DNA of 64,000 bases. Source: Azolla caroliniana (Eukaryota > Plantae > Polypodiophyta). The stretch is taken from positions 14,446,001 through 14,510,000 of the forward strand of contig JBHGNT010000010.1 of the NCBI GenBank assembly GCA_043228905.1, written 5' to 3'. Made by a program: the position numbers and the translations under genes. Of this stretch, positions 40,620-52,400 are shown piece by piece (the first letter of the stretch is position 1; each line of letters starts with the position of its first letter). Under the pieces are notes generated by a model that saw only the letters and a list, made by a program, of their open reading frames with translations, ran no database searches and was not told the origin of the DNA.

Positions 40620-41275
40620 AGGTTTTTGCTCTAAATTTTGTTGTTAGAATGCATTCTATTTCTTTGACCAAATGCAATGTGAGGGTATCTCAATGAATGG
40701 AATCACATTGGTGGGTCTATTGAAAGCTTGTTCCAATGTAGGATCTCTAGCCAAGTGTAAAGAAATTCATGTCGAGGTTGCAAAGAAAGGGTTAGAAATA
40801 GAAGCTCTTGTGGTGCATTAAATGAAGCACAAGAAATGTTTGAGAGAAATTTGGTTCGAGATATAGTTTCATGGAGATCACTCATGGCGGGAATTGGGAT
40901 ATGCTGAACATGGACATAATAAGGACTCAAGAGGCATTGGATTGCTTTGAAAAGATGAGGAAACATTGTTGCCTCTTGCCACATGCATTTTCATTATCTT
41001 GTGGGTTGAAAGCTTGTGGAAGCTTGAGAGATAGACAAAAAGACCGAGAAATACATGCCAACATCGTCAAAATAGGCTTTGAAAAAGATGTCCTTGTTGA
41101 TAGCACAATAGTCAACATGTATGTGAATTGTGGGTTATTGTCGACTGGCCACTACTTGTTTAACACTCTAGTGGTGTGAGATGTGGTTTCACTAAACTCA
41201 TTGATGGTAAGAAATGCCAAACAAGGGCATAACAAGGAGCCTATTTTTTGTTTTGAGGAGATGGTTTCAAAAGGG
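40620..41275 (+). pseudogene. Captured PLS-class pentatricopeptide repeat (PPR) gene fragment inside the hAT
   Basis: ALDCFEKMRKH...LSCGLKACGSLRDRQKDREIHANIVKIGFEKDVLVDSTIVNMYVNCG...DVVSLNSLM..AKQGH...FEEM; frameshifts and stops; lies 5' of the right TIR. Confidence 0.85.
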
Positions 41276-41993
41276 GGGTGTATATATCCAGCGACTACAA
41301 ATAGTGTGTGCTTTTTACAATATTACAAATATTTTCTTGAAATGTAAATAATTTTCAAATTCTAGAAGTATTTTACGTACTATACGTAAAATACGTAAAA
41401 TACGTATTTTATAAGTATTTAACATATTACAAAACATATTTAACATATTTTTAAATTGGGATGTATTATACGCGTATTAATACGTTATATACGTATGGTA
41501 TTCGTACCGTACCTAACGTACCTAACAACCATGGTTCCCACACACACGGGAAGTTGAGTTTGATTCTCAATAATATTAATATTATCCCTCCAGCCTTAAC
41601 TCTTCCCGGTCCACACCTCCACCTCCAGATCATACTCTCATAGGACAACACATGGCACGCCTGTGGGACAATGCATTGCACGTCGAATCCACAGGTCAAC
41701 TCCTTCATTCTTCGTCGAGTATGTCCAAGATGCATTGGTCGAGTTGTTCAAGTGCCTCTTCTTCAGTTTCCTTTTGCAGCTTCTCCGGTTTTGGCTGCTT
41801 CTCTTCTGGCTCTGGCTCAAGTCCCGTTTTCTCCAGAGCTGTCTGCTAATCCGGCTGTTGCACTTGTGTTTTTGGCTCTACTCAATGGAAGTCCCTGGTT
41901 TTGGCTGTTGCTCTCCATCAATTAAGTTTATCTGGTCTGCTTTTTTGTCCACTTCCTTCTGTCGTCGCTCCCACGCATACACTTTGTCATGAT

Positions 41994-42216
41994 TGTTGGG
42001 AAATCGGTCCCTCCGGATGGGATCCGGTTATGAATGGAGAGGACCCGGTGAGAACTAGAAGAAAAGACATATTTGTAAATATGTTTTGAGTATGCCTATT
42101 GAGGCTATATTTGTAATTAGCCCTAAGTTCATATAAGTATAAATATGCCTTAGGGCAATCACTCTACACAGTGGTGGGTGTGTTGTAGCCATATTGTTGT
42201 ATGTGCATAACTGGTG

Positions 42217-42264
<48 letters not shown>

Positions 42265-42265
42265 C
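41994..42265 (+). mobile_element. Partial Copia LTR (Copia B/C-like), plus orientation
   Basis: Starts TGTTGGGAAATCGGTCCC; reverse-complement similarity to 42530-42827 and 15600-15868. Confidence 0.75.
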
Positions 42266-42269
42266 ATAA

Positions 42270-43921
42270 CGGTTTCTTAGATCACTTCTTTTAAGGATGA
42301 ATCATAGAAATGGGAATAGAGATGAATACACGTACACCCAAAAAAAATGCACAGGATGTTCACGTGGAAAACCCTGAATGGGAAAAACCACGGGAGCCCA
42401 CAGACTCCAACTATCCCTATATGAGAACGGTACAATCAGAGACTTGGTGGCAACTACCTCGAGTTCTGTATCTTCGCCAGGCGATGATTACAACAGAGTA
42501 TCACAATGTATATCGCTCTCACTCTCTATCAACAGTTATACGCCACACAATAATATGACAACACCACACCTATAAAGTGATTGCCCTAAGTCATATTTAT
42601 ACTTATGAACTTATAGCTATTTACAAATATAGCCTCAATAGACTTACTCAAAACATATTTACAAATATGTCTTCTCTTCCGGTTCTCATCGGGTTCACCG
42701 ATCCAGTTTCTAGATCTCTTCCGGTTCTCACCTAGTCCACCGATCCGGTTTCCAGATCTCTTCTGGTTCTCATTAGGTCCTCTCCATTCATAACCGAATT
42801 CCATCCGAAGGGACCGATTTCCTAACAATCTCCCCCTTCACTCCGGCATGGCATGTCTCGCCAACCCGATCTGCTTTCGACACGCATCCAACTTGTCGGT
42901 TGTCAACACCTTGGTCAACATATCTGACCCATTCTCCTCCACGTGGATCTTCGTCAACAAAAACTCTTGATCTTCTACTCTCTCCCAGATCCAGTGGTAC
43001 CTCCGTTGGATATGTTTCGTTCGGGAACGGTAGGCCGCATTCTTCGCAAGGTGGATGGCACTTTGACTGTCGAAGTAGAGCCGATATTCCTTTTGTTGGA
43101 TCCCTAGCTCTCCGATGAAGTTCTTCATCCAGATTATCTCCTTGCCAGCTTCTACAACTACCATGTACTCCGCCTCCGTGGTTGACAACGCAACCGTCTT
43201 CTGCAGCCTCGACTGCCACGAAACAGCTTCCCCTGAATAAGTCATGACATATCCGGATGTCGACCGGCTGGTATCCGCATCAGCCAACATATCGGAATCG
43301 GTGAATCCGTCATGTTGGGGATTACCGGAGCCGAACCAGAGACACATACTCGAGGTGCCTTTCAGATATTGGAGTATCCACTTGACCGCGTTCCAGTGCA
43401 CTCTCTTCTAGGATTGATCATGAACTGGCTCACCACTCCGACTACATATCCAATATTTGGCCGGGTACATACCATCGCGTACATCAAGCTTCCGACGGCA
43501 GAGGCATATGGAATCTTCATCATATCTGTCTTCTCCGCCTTTGTCCACGGGCTTTGTTTTCCAGATAGCTTGCAGTTTGCTGGAAGTGTCAATCGACCGA
43601 TTTCGCCTTCGACATGTTGAACTGTTGAAGCACCTTTGTCACATACTTCTCTTGTGACAACCACAACAGCTTCTTCGACCGGTCCCAGATGATGTGCATT
43701 CCCAATATCTATCTTGTCGGACCCAAGTCTTTCATTGAGAAGGTCTGGTTCAAAGCCTTCTTCAGCATCCGAATCTTGCCTTGGTCTCATCCGACGATCA
43801 ACATATCATCCATGTATAGGAGAAGTATCAGGGAATCTCCTCCGTCAAATTTCTTCACAAACACCCAGTGATCGGCCAATGTCTTGTGGTACCCTTGGTC
43901 GGTCATGAAGGAGTCGAACTT
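42270..43921 (-). mobile_element. Copia C (Tnt1-like) 3' remnant: LTR to 42827, PPT, RT/RNase H
   Basis: PPT aagggggagat; GFTDSD, ALSTTEAEY, RTKHI, DMLTK; abrupt junction to G4 gag at ~43921. Confidence 0.88.
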
Positions 43922-43927
43922 ACTATC

Positions 43928-46900
43928 ATGTCAGAATCATCTAGTAACCTTGAGCAAATTCTGGTGGTGCTGCAACAACTCCCACATGAGAATGCGAACT
44001 TATGAAACTCTATTCAAGAACTTTAGGCATCGACGACGGTTATACCTCACCCGATTATTGACCCTTCTATTGTAGAACCCAATGTTAGCTTGCCCAAAAT
44101 ATTTGATGGAACAAGGTCACGATTAAGAGGCTTCATCAACCAAATCCGCCTTATTATTCGTCTTTAGTCTGGACGATATTCTGATGACTTTCGACAAGTT
44201 GGGCTCGTCGGCACGTTGCTAATAGGATAAGTGCAAGCCTGGTTTGCCCCTTTGGTGGAGACCTCGTCGCCTCTTTTGAATGAAATCCAAGCATTTCTTA
44301 CCGAATTTGAGGCAACTTTCGGGGAGACCGACAAATGACAAGCAGCACTCAACAAACTATATACCTTACAACAAGGAAGATGTGCGGCATCAAGCTATGC
44401 ATCTGAATTTCTTCAGCTTGCGTGCGATGTGGAATGCAATGGACACGCCCTCCTCTATCAATTCCGTCAAGGATTACAATGTGAGATAAAAAATCTTTTG
44501 CTTAACTTTCCTGAGCCCACATCTTTGAATGAGGCTATTTCCCAAGCTGTGCGCTGTGATAACTGTCTTTTTGAGTTCCGGCAAGAGGAATGTCCTCACC
44601 AGATCCATCTACCTTGGCCAACCGCTTCATCTTCATCTTCAACTCCCACCATAGATACTAGTTCCCCAGTGGAGATTGATCGAATTCACTACCGACCATT
44701 GACTAACACACAACGACAACATCGACAGGCCAACAATTTATGTCTCTATTGTGGCGGCCCCAACCATATCCGCTCTTGCCCAAAAAAGGGACCCCGTCAA
44801 ACACCACATCGTGTGGATGGGGTTGACATTTTCTACCAACTCCAATGTCGAGTTGCAGTAGGGGCTGTGCATCTGGACCACAAGGGTCGATAATTGTGTC
44901 AAGGGCCCAATCAACTGACTTCCTCGGCAGGAAGCTTCATGCTTCCGGTCACTCTTCAGTTTGGCTATACCACTGTAAAGACAAAAGCTTTGTTGGATTT
45001 TGGGGCTACGTCGTGCTTTATTGACATCATGTTTGCATGGACATACAACATTCCAAGCAACAAAATAACAGTCCCGATTCCAATTGAAGTGATCGACGGT
45101 CGAACGCTCTCTTCTGGTGCAATCACAAATACAACAATTCCCTTGAGTCTCCACATAGGAGCCCACCAGGAAGAAATCATTTTAAACCTCATTAGATCAC
45201 CTCGAAGTCTTATCATCTTGGGGTTATCATGGATCGAGACTCACAATCCAATCGTGGATTGGCAATCTCGCTCCACAACTTCACCTCGAATTCTCGCCCA
45301 CAAGAGATTACTTCCACTCTTCTTCCAACCAATGTTCCTCCATTTGTTTAGCCGCCTACTCCGGTGAGGACTGTGCCAGCAGTGGCTCCCACTCATGTTT
45401 CGGGAACAACTCCCGTTTCTGCTCCAGTGAGGACCACATCAATGGTTGCTCCGATTCCAGTCTCTGCTTCGGTGAGGACCGTGTCAACGATTGCTCCCAC
45501 TCTTGTTCCGGGGGCAACTCCCATTTCTGCTCCGGTGAGGGTCACCACGTTAGCGGTCGCTCCCATTTCCTCTTCAGAGACGACCATGTCAACGGTTGCT
45601 CCAATAGAAACAACATCGATAGTTACTCCCACGTTGACCTCGGAAACAGTTCCACGCTTGCTCAGGTAAGCGATACCGTGTTGATTGCATCCATTTCTAA
45701 TTTTAAAGACATGGTGGTCATGTCCACTCCAAAAAATACCTTATGTACTAGCCCTTTTCCATCAAAATACAATGATTTGTTTGATGTATTTGAGAAAAAA
45801 AATCCTAATTGCTTGCCTGAACATCGCCCATACGATTGTCCAATTGACTTGAAAGATGGTGCTTGTCCTCCATTTGGCCCTATCTATGGGTTATCTGAAC
45901 CTGAACTCAAGGCCCTCAAAATATACATTGAAGAGAATCTCGCAAAGGGATTCATTCACCACTTAAAATCTCCAGCTGGCTCTCCTATTTTATTTGTCAA
46001 AAAGAAAGATGGAACATTACACTTAGGTACCGACCATCGCGAGCTCAATCAAGAAACTGTTCAAAACCGCTATCCACTACCACTAATCCCCGAGATCCTC
46101 GACCGACTTCGGGCTAGGCGTATATTCTCCAAAATCGATCTTAGAGGCACCTACAACTTGGTGCGTATCAAGACCGGAGATGAGTGGAAAACGACATTTC
46201 AAACTAGGTACGTGTATTTTGAATACGTGGAAATGCCATTTGGTCTCACAAACGCTCCTACCGTTTTCCAACATATGATGAATGACATCTTCCAAGAATA
46301 TTTGGACCGATTTGTGGTCATCTATCTTGAAGACATACTTATCTTCTCACAGGACTACATAGAGCACACTAAGCATGTTCGACTTATCCTGTCTAAACTT
46401 TGGGAACATGGACTTTATGCGAAACCCAAGAAGTGTGAGTTTGATCGAACCTCAGTTGAATTCCTCGGGTATGTCATTTTATTTGATGGTCTCACTATGG
46501 ACAAGAAGAAAGTCACAACGGTTCAAGAGTGGCAAGTCCCCACCAGGGTCAAGGATGTGCAATCATTTTTGGGTTTTGCCAACTTCTATCGTCGATTCAT
46601 TCAAGGATTCTCTACATTGGCACAACCACTTATAGCACTCACTCGGAAGGATTCCCCTTTTTGCTGGACTCCTACAACCCAACTAGCATTCGAGACACTA
46701 AAGAAAGCTTTTACCTCGGCTCCCATACTTCTACACCTAGATCTGACCAAACCATTTATGATCGAAACGGATGCCTCTAACTTCGCCATCGCATTCTCTC
46801 TCAACCAGATAATAATGGGATTCTTTATCCTGTTGCCTTTTATTCTTGGAAGTTCATACCCCCCAAGATCAACTACCCAGTTTACGACAAAGAACTCTCT

Positions 46901-49071
46901 GCCATTATTGCCGCCTTTGAAGAATGGCTTCCTTACTTGGCGAGCACCCAACACTGTGTCTAGGTGGTGACCGATCACAAGAACCTCGTCTACTTCACCA
47001 CTACTCGCATTTTGAACCGGAGGCAAGCGCATTGGTCGACCTTCCTAGCTGATTATGACTTTGTAATTGTTTTTCGTCCTAGTGCCCAACATGGTAGAGC
47101 CGATGCCCTATCTCGGCGTTCGGAATTCGAAATCCAACTAGGAGATGTGACCTACAATCAACAATCACGTTGTCTCCTACAACCACATCAAATTCAACTC
47201 TTTGCAGCTTATATGGGTGCGTATAAATCATTACTCAATGCAATAGACACAGATACTGCCACTGACAAGTTTGCAAAAGAAATTAAGGAGAATCAAGTCA
47301 ACAACTCAACCATAAAGGAGGTATGGAATATTCATGACCAATTTATGTTTCGGGATGGTTTTCTTTTCCGGAACAACTTAATGTATGTCCCAAATGGTCC
47401 TTGTCGTATGCATATCCTGAAGGAATGCCATGATGATGTCCTAACTGGACATTTTGGCATTGCAAAAACTTTGGAATTAACCTCTAGAAGTTATTGGTGG
47501 CCACAACCTTGGAAACTTGTTAAAAATTTTGTGAAAACATGTGATACATGTGCTCGCGCCAAAGCAGTACATCATCGTCCCTACGATCTACTTCAACCTC
47601 TGCCAATTCCAAGTAGGCCATGGGCCTCCATCTCGATAGATTTTATCACCGACCTTCCCGACATTGAGGGATTCAATTCAGTATTGCTGGTGGTTGACAG
47701 ATTCACAAAGATGGCACATTTTATTCCATGTTCTAAAGCAATTTCAAGGATGGAAACAACAGATCTATTGTTACCAAATATTGTGCACCTTCACGGTTTA
47801 CCGGATGACATTATCTCTGATCGCGGTCCCCAATTTATGTCTCATTTCTGGAAGCGCCTCTCCCAGACTCTTGGAACTTCCACAAAATTTTCAACAGTTT
47901 TCCATCTTGAGATAGACGACCAAACGGAACGAGTAAATCAGATCCTAGAGCAATATCTCCGATGTATGATGAGTTATCAACAAGATGATTGGATCAAATT
48001 TCTTCCAATAGTTGAGTTCGCCTACAACAATATTCTTCATACATCAACTAGTGTAACACCCTTTTTCGCAAATTACGGGTTCCACCCACGCTTTAGCATA
48101 GCTATCCTTGTTGGTTTTGTGAATCCATCTACTAAAGAACGAGCTCATCTGATGAAAGAAGTGCATCATGACCTATCCCGAGAACTCTCCATTGCTCAGG
48201 AACGACACAAAGAGAAAGCTGATCGACATTAGCGGGTTGCGCCTGGTTTCAAACTCAGTGACATGATCTGGCTATTATGTCGGCATATTCCGACAACTCA
48301 CCCATGCAACAAACTTGATTACAAAAAGTTGGGTCCATTCCGCATCATTGACAAAGTCAACCCTGTGGCTTTTTGTTTTGCTCTTCCATCACACTACCGA
48401 ATTCACAATGTCTTCCATGCATCACTTCTTGCACTCTATCATCCATCCTCAATTCCAAGAAGAAGCATTGAGCCACCCCCTCCTGTGGCTTTGGTGACCA
48501 GGGATGAGTATGAAGTCGAGACAATTCTAGACTCGTGCAAGTGCCGACGGAAGCTCCAGTATCTGGTCTTATGGAAAGGATATCCCATCTCTGAGGCCTC
48601 ATGGGAGCCCGCTAGAAATTTACGAAATGCTCCAGAAGTGGTTCATGATTTTCATCTCCGATATCCTCACAAACTTGCACCTTCTTGAAGTCGGCGCTTA
48701 AGGGGAGGCTAATGTCATGAACATCGACTCATATTTAAACCTTAGTTCATTGTATATATATATGTTTCTCCTAGACAAACTTTAGACGTTAAACCTTTGT
48801 ATAAAGAGTGGTATGTAAGACCAAGTATTTAAGACTTGGCATGCAAGAATTAGTATGCTTGATATTATAGTATGTAAGACTTGGCATGACCATGCTTATC
48901 ATGCATCACTACAATGTAACATGTATAAAAAGGGTTGATCTCCCTTGTTAACATCAAGGAGATCAACACCGGCCATGGAATAGATATTCTTACTCATTGT
49001 CATCAAATTCTCCATCTCTCTATCTCATCAACTTATCCATCTCTTTATCTTCTAATTGTTCATCTGTGACA
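43928..49071 (+). mobile_element. Gypsy G4 (Tcn1-like chromovirus), 5' LTR missing; 3' LTR 48713-49071
   Basis: gag from ATG 43928, protease, RT 45678-46970, integrase 46964-48232, chromodomain 48263-48688; PPT taaggggaggctaa; LTR TGTCA...TGACA. Confidence 0.92.
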
Positions 49072-51792
49072 TACATAACCCAAACATAGATTGGAGAACA
49101 AGAGAAATCTGGTATCGACAAGCCCGAGGATCTACTCATAGGATTGCAACCATTTCGTTACATCAATTGCGTGAGGAAGGACACAAGGAAGAAATGTTCG
49201 TCTTTGCGGTATCAATAAAACCTTCAAACACCACTAAAGAGGAATCCACAGTTCAACTTCTAGAGAAGTATCATCATTATGCCGATGTATTTGATAAGGT
49301 ACAAGCCAATACACTTCCTCACCACCGACCGTATGATTGCCCCCATTGATTTACAACTAGGAAAAGAGCCACCATGGGGACTGATCTACAACTTATCACC
49401 AACCGAGCTAGAAGTCCTTCGAGCCTATATAGAGGAGAATCTAGCAAATGGTTTCATTCCCATTTTCTTTGTCAAGAAAAAGGATGGATCACTTTGTCTC
49501 GTCGTGGATTACCGTGGCTTGAATAAGGTCACCATCAGGAAAAGGTATGCACTCCCCCTTATCTCAAGTCTTTTAGAACGGATCAATGGTGCAAGGTTCT
49601 TCACAAAGATCGACTCTTTTACGCAATGGAGGCATTTTCTAGAGGGATCTTCGCATCAAGTCACCGTATTCAATGATCACAAAAATCTTGCCTACTTCCA
49701 GAATGCTCATGTATTAAAGCAACGTCAAGCTCGGTGGGTTCAATTCCTCACTCGTTTTGACTTCAAAATTACATATCGTCCTGGGAAACAGAAAGGGAAG
49801 GCAGGTGCGTTATCGTGATGCTTGTATCTAGCACCGCGTTCCGGTGAGCCAACATTCGATAACCAAAAGCAAGAAATCCTGGGTCCACCACGATTACAAG
49901 CAACACAGGTTTTCGATATGCCATTGGATTCCCACATTATCGATACCGTACGTGAGGACTTGAAGACAAAGGCTTTCGCTCAAGCCATTCTAGCACAAAT
50001 TGATCCCTCTTGGGCATCTTGTTCGCAGTCACAACAACCAGGTACGGACTATCGACAATTCAAATGTCATGATGGATTACTATTCTTTAAGAAACTCTTG
50101 TATGTTCCTAATGGTTCTGGTCGCCTTTGAATAGTCCAAAACTGCCATGACACATATACAGTTGGGCATTTCGGTAGTCTAAAATGTTGGATTTAGTACA
50201 ACGATCATTCTGGTGGCCTCATATGCGATGATTTTTCGAAGACTATTATTAAAGATCTAGGTACTAAAGTAAGCTTAAGATAAGGATAAAGTAATGATAG
50301 ATAGAAAGGAGAAAGAGAAAGAAGGGTGCCGATCCACCCGACCACCCCCGAGCGAAGGGATCGAGACGGACTCGAGCCTCGATCGACGTCCCATACCACC
50401 GCCGTGGCGTCGAGTCGTACCTGGTGCTGGCGCGCTCGCTACAAGAGTTGACCCACCACAAGAGCAGAGTCTCGATGTAGTCAAAAGATGATCAAATGAG
50501 GGTAGCTAGGCCTCTTATTTATAGCGATACCCAAGGCCCCCAGGCAAGTTCACACTTGACCTAATGGGTTGTCTCAATCCCGAGGATTAAAAGTAATCCT
50601 CCCCTTCTTTACACTCTCGTTTAACCCTCACACTTATCCACATGTATAGAATACTACGGTAAATTCTCACCACGGGATATTAAATGGTCATGCCCGTAAC
50701 ATACTCCCCCTCTTTAAAACATTGCACTCTTGCAATGGAAAGTTAGGGAAATTAGTTCTGATAGTATTTTCGCGTTCCCATGTGGCATCTTTTATTGATT
50801 TATCCATCCATTTTATTTTAAATTCTCGGATTTCTTTAGTACGTAATTTTTTTGTTTTAACATCAATAATTCTTTCTGGTACATGTGGTTTAGAAGATAA
50901 TTCTTCAGAAGTAACCAGAGTTTTAGTTGTAACTGTATTGTCGCCAAAACCTAGAAGTTCTTTTAGACGACTCACATGGAAGACTGGATGAATTCCAACA
51001 CCATCGGGAAGGGCAAGACGATAGGCTGATGACCCAATGCGTTTCAGGACTGTAAAAGGTCCACAAAACCGTGGGGCTAACATAGCGCACTTACCCGTAG
51101 ACAATGTCTTAGAATTGTGAGGTACACGTAAAAATACCTTCTGTCCAGGGTTGAATACACGAGGTTGCCTATGATGATCGGCATAAAAACGCGCTCTATG
51201 TTGAGCTGTTTTTATATTATCTCGTGCAATATGCAACATATCTTGCATATCCCGAAGAAAATTTTGCGTACTTCGCAACTCATCATGATGTATATTAACA
51301 TCAATCGAGGCTCGTGGCTGAAAACCATACATCAACATAAAAGGACTATATCCCGTCGACGTATGCTTGGAGCTGTTAGAAGCAAACTCCAAAATTGGGA
51401 GATAACGTTCCCATTTTGTTGGTTTTGCACCAACGTATGCTCGAAGCATGTCCTCAATAATTTGATTTACTTGTTCTGTCTGTCCATCGGATTGAGGATG
51501 ATCCGTGGAGCTCATGCTCAACGTAGTTTCTAGCTTCTTAAAGACTTGCGTCCAGAAGTCACTAGTAAACTTTGGATCTCGATCACTCACGATATCCATC
51601 GGTAACCCATAAAAACGAAACAATTCGTCAACGAATTGGTAAGCCAATTTAGGAGCTGTTACCGTGGTTTTAGTAGCAATAAATCTGGCCATTTTACTAG
51701 GACCAAATGGTCGAAACAAGGAGTGCGTAGAGATAGGCACAAGACGATTAGAGGGTGCTTAAGCTAAACACGAGAAAGTAGGCAACATACAC

Positions 51793-51796
<4 letters not shown>

Positions 51797-51866
<70 letters not shown>
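51797..51866. repeat. (GA)n microsatellite in the PLE 3' region
   Basis: Long uninterrupted GA run; a second run at ~52084-52115. Confidence 0.95.
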
Positions 51867-51868
<2 letters not shown>

Positions 51869-51914
51869 TTTTTAATTCAAAGAGGGAGAGATATTTTTAA
51901 TTCAAAGAGGGTGG

Positions 51915-51969
51915 TGGTCTTAGGCAAACTAGTTTCGCTCAATAGTGGAGCTCTTCAGTGCAAAGACCA
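51915..51969 (-). ncRNA. Type I hammerhead ribozyme in the PLE 3' region
   Basis: Minus strand TGGTCTTTGCA-CTGAAGA-GCTC(cactatt)GAGC-GAAAC(TA)GTT^TGCCTAAGACCA: intact core, 4-bp stem II, palindromic minimal stem III (AACTAGTT), bulged stem I. Confidence 0.85.
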
Positions 51970-52079
51970 TTACAACAAGAGAATGTGATTTATAAAGGGG
52001 TGGGAAGGAAGAGGGAGTGAGAGAAAAAGGAGTGGGGAGGATTTGATTTGTGTAGTAGATGAGAGAGAATAGAATGTGG

Positions 52080-52118
<39 letters not shown>

Positions 52119-52200
52119 GTGTGTAGGAAAGTGATAGGGAATGAGAGAAGGGAAATTAGTATAATGATGATGGTGAGGGGGGAGTTTTTAATGTGATGAA

Positions 52201-52400
52201 AAAGGGGGATTTGGGTGAATTATTTGAAAACTTAGTGTTAAGTGGGGGATTTGGTTGGATTGTTTGAAACTTTAGTCTTAAGTGGGGGATTTGGGTGGAT
52301 TGTTTGAAAATTTAGTCTTAAGTGGGGGATTTTGGTGGATTGTTTGAAAACTTAGTTTTAAGTGGGGGATTTTGGTGGATTTTTTGAAAACTTGGTCTTA
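52201..52400. repeat. 40-bp tandem repeat x5 at the PLE ORF end
   Basis: agtgggggat-type units at 52201, 52241, 52281, 52321 and 52361; the copy at 52361-52400 encodes KTKFSKNPPKSPT before the stop. Confidence 0.92.

Larger units (their letters stand above)
27586..41533 (+). mobile_element. hAT DNA transposon (13.9 kb including nested inserts) in the 5' LTR of Copia A
   Basis: Perfect 8-bp TSD GTTCCCAC (27578-27585, 41534-41541); imperfect TIRs CAGCGTTGTTTACGTACG / CATGGTTGTTAGGTACG; dense subterminal TACGTA/AATACG motifs. Confidence 0.95.
9460..41572 (-). mobile_element. Copia A (host of X1, Copia B and the hAT): 3' LTR 9460-9787; RT/RNase H ~9960-11088; gag/protease 26561-27540; partial 5' LTR 27541-27585 + 41542-41572
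   Basis: TSD ATATT at 9455-9459 and 41573-41577; LTR text ggtcacacacttgagtatcctagagtgtgttcccacacacacggg at both ends; IYVDDL, GYTDTDWAG, gag UBN2-like AWGNLKKIF and CxxCxxxGHxxxxC, protease WFVDSG. Confidence 0.85.
9046..41993 (-). mobile_element. Element X3 (PPT-less family): 3' LTR split into 9046-9459 and 41578-41650 by Copia A, followed by the tRNA-like module and an accessory-ORF end (41651-41993)
   Basis: Starts TGTTA at 9046 and ends CAACA at 41650; removing Copia A (TSD ATATT) rejoins the halves; TGGCACGCCTGTGGGACA at 41653. Confidence 0.7.

Noticed and set aside
51701-51717. GACC-aaat-GGTC-GAAAC at the PLE junction, resembling stem II plus GAAA of a second, inverted hammerhead
   Set aside because: No CTGANGA core upstream and no stem I or III support; could be a truncated copy but is unsupported
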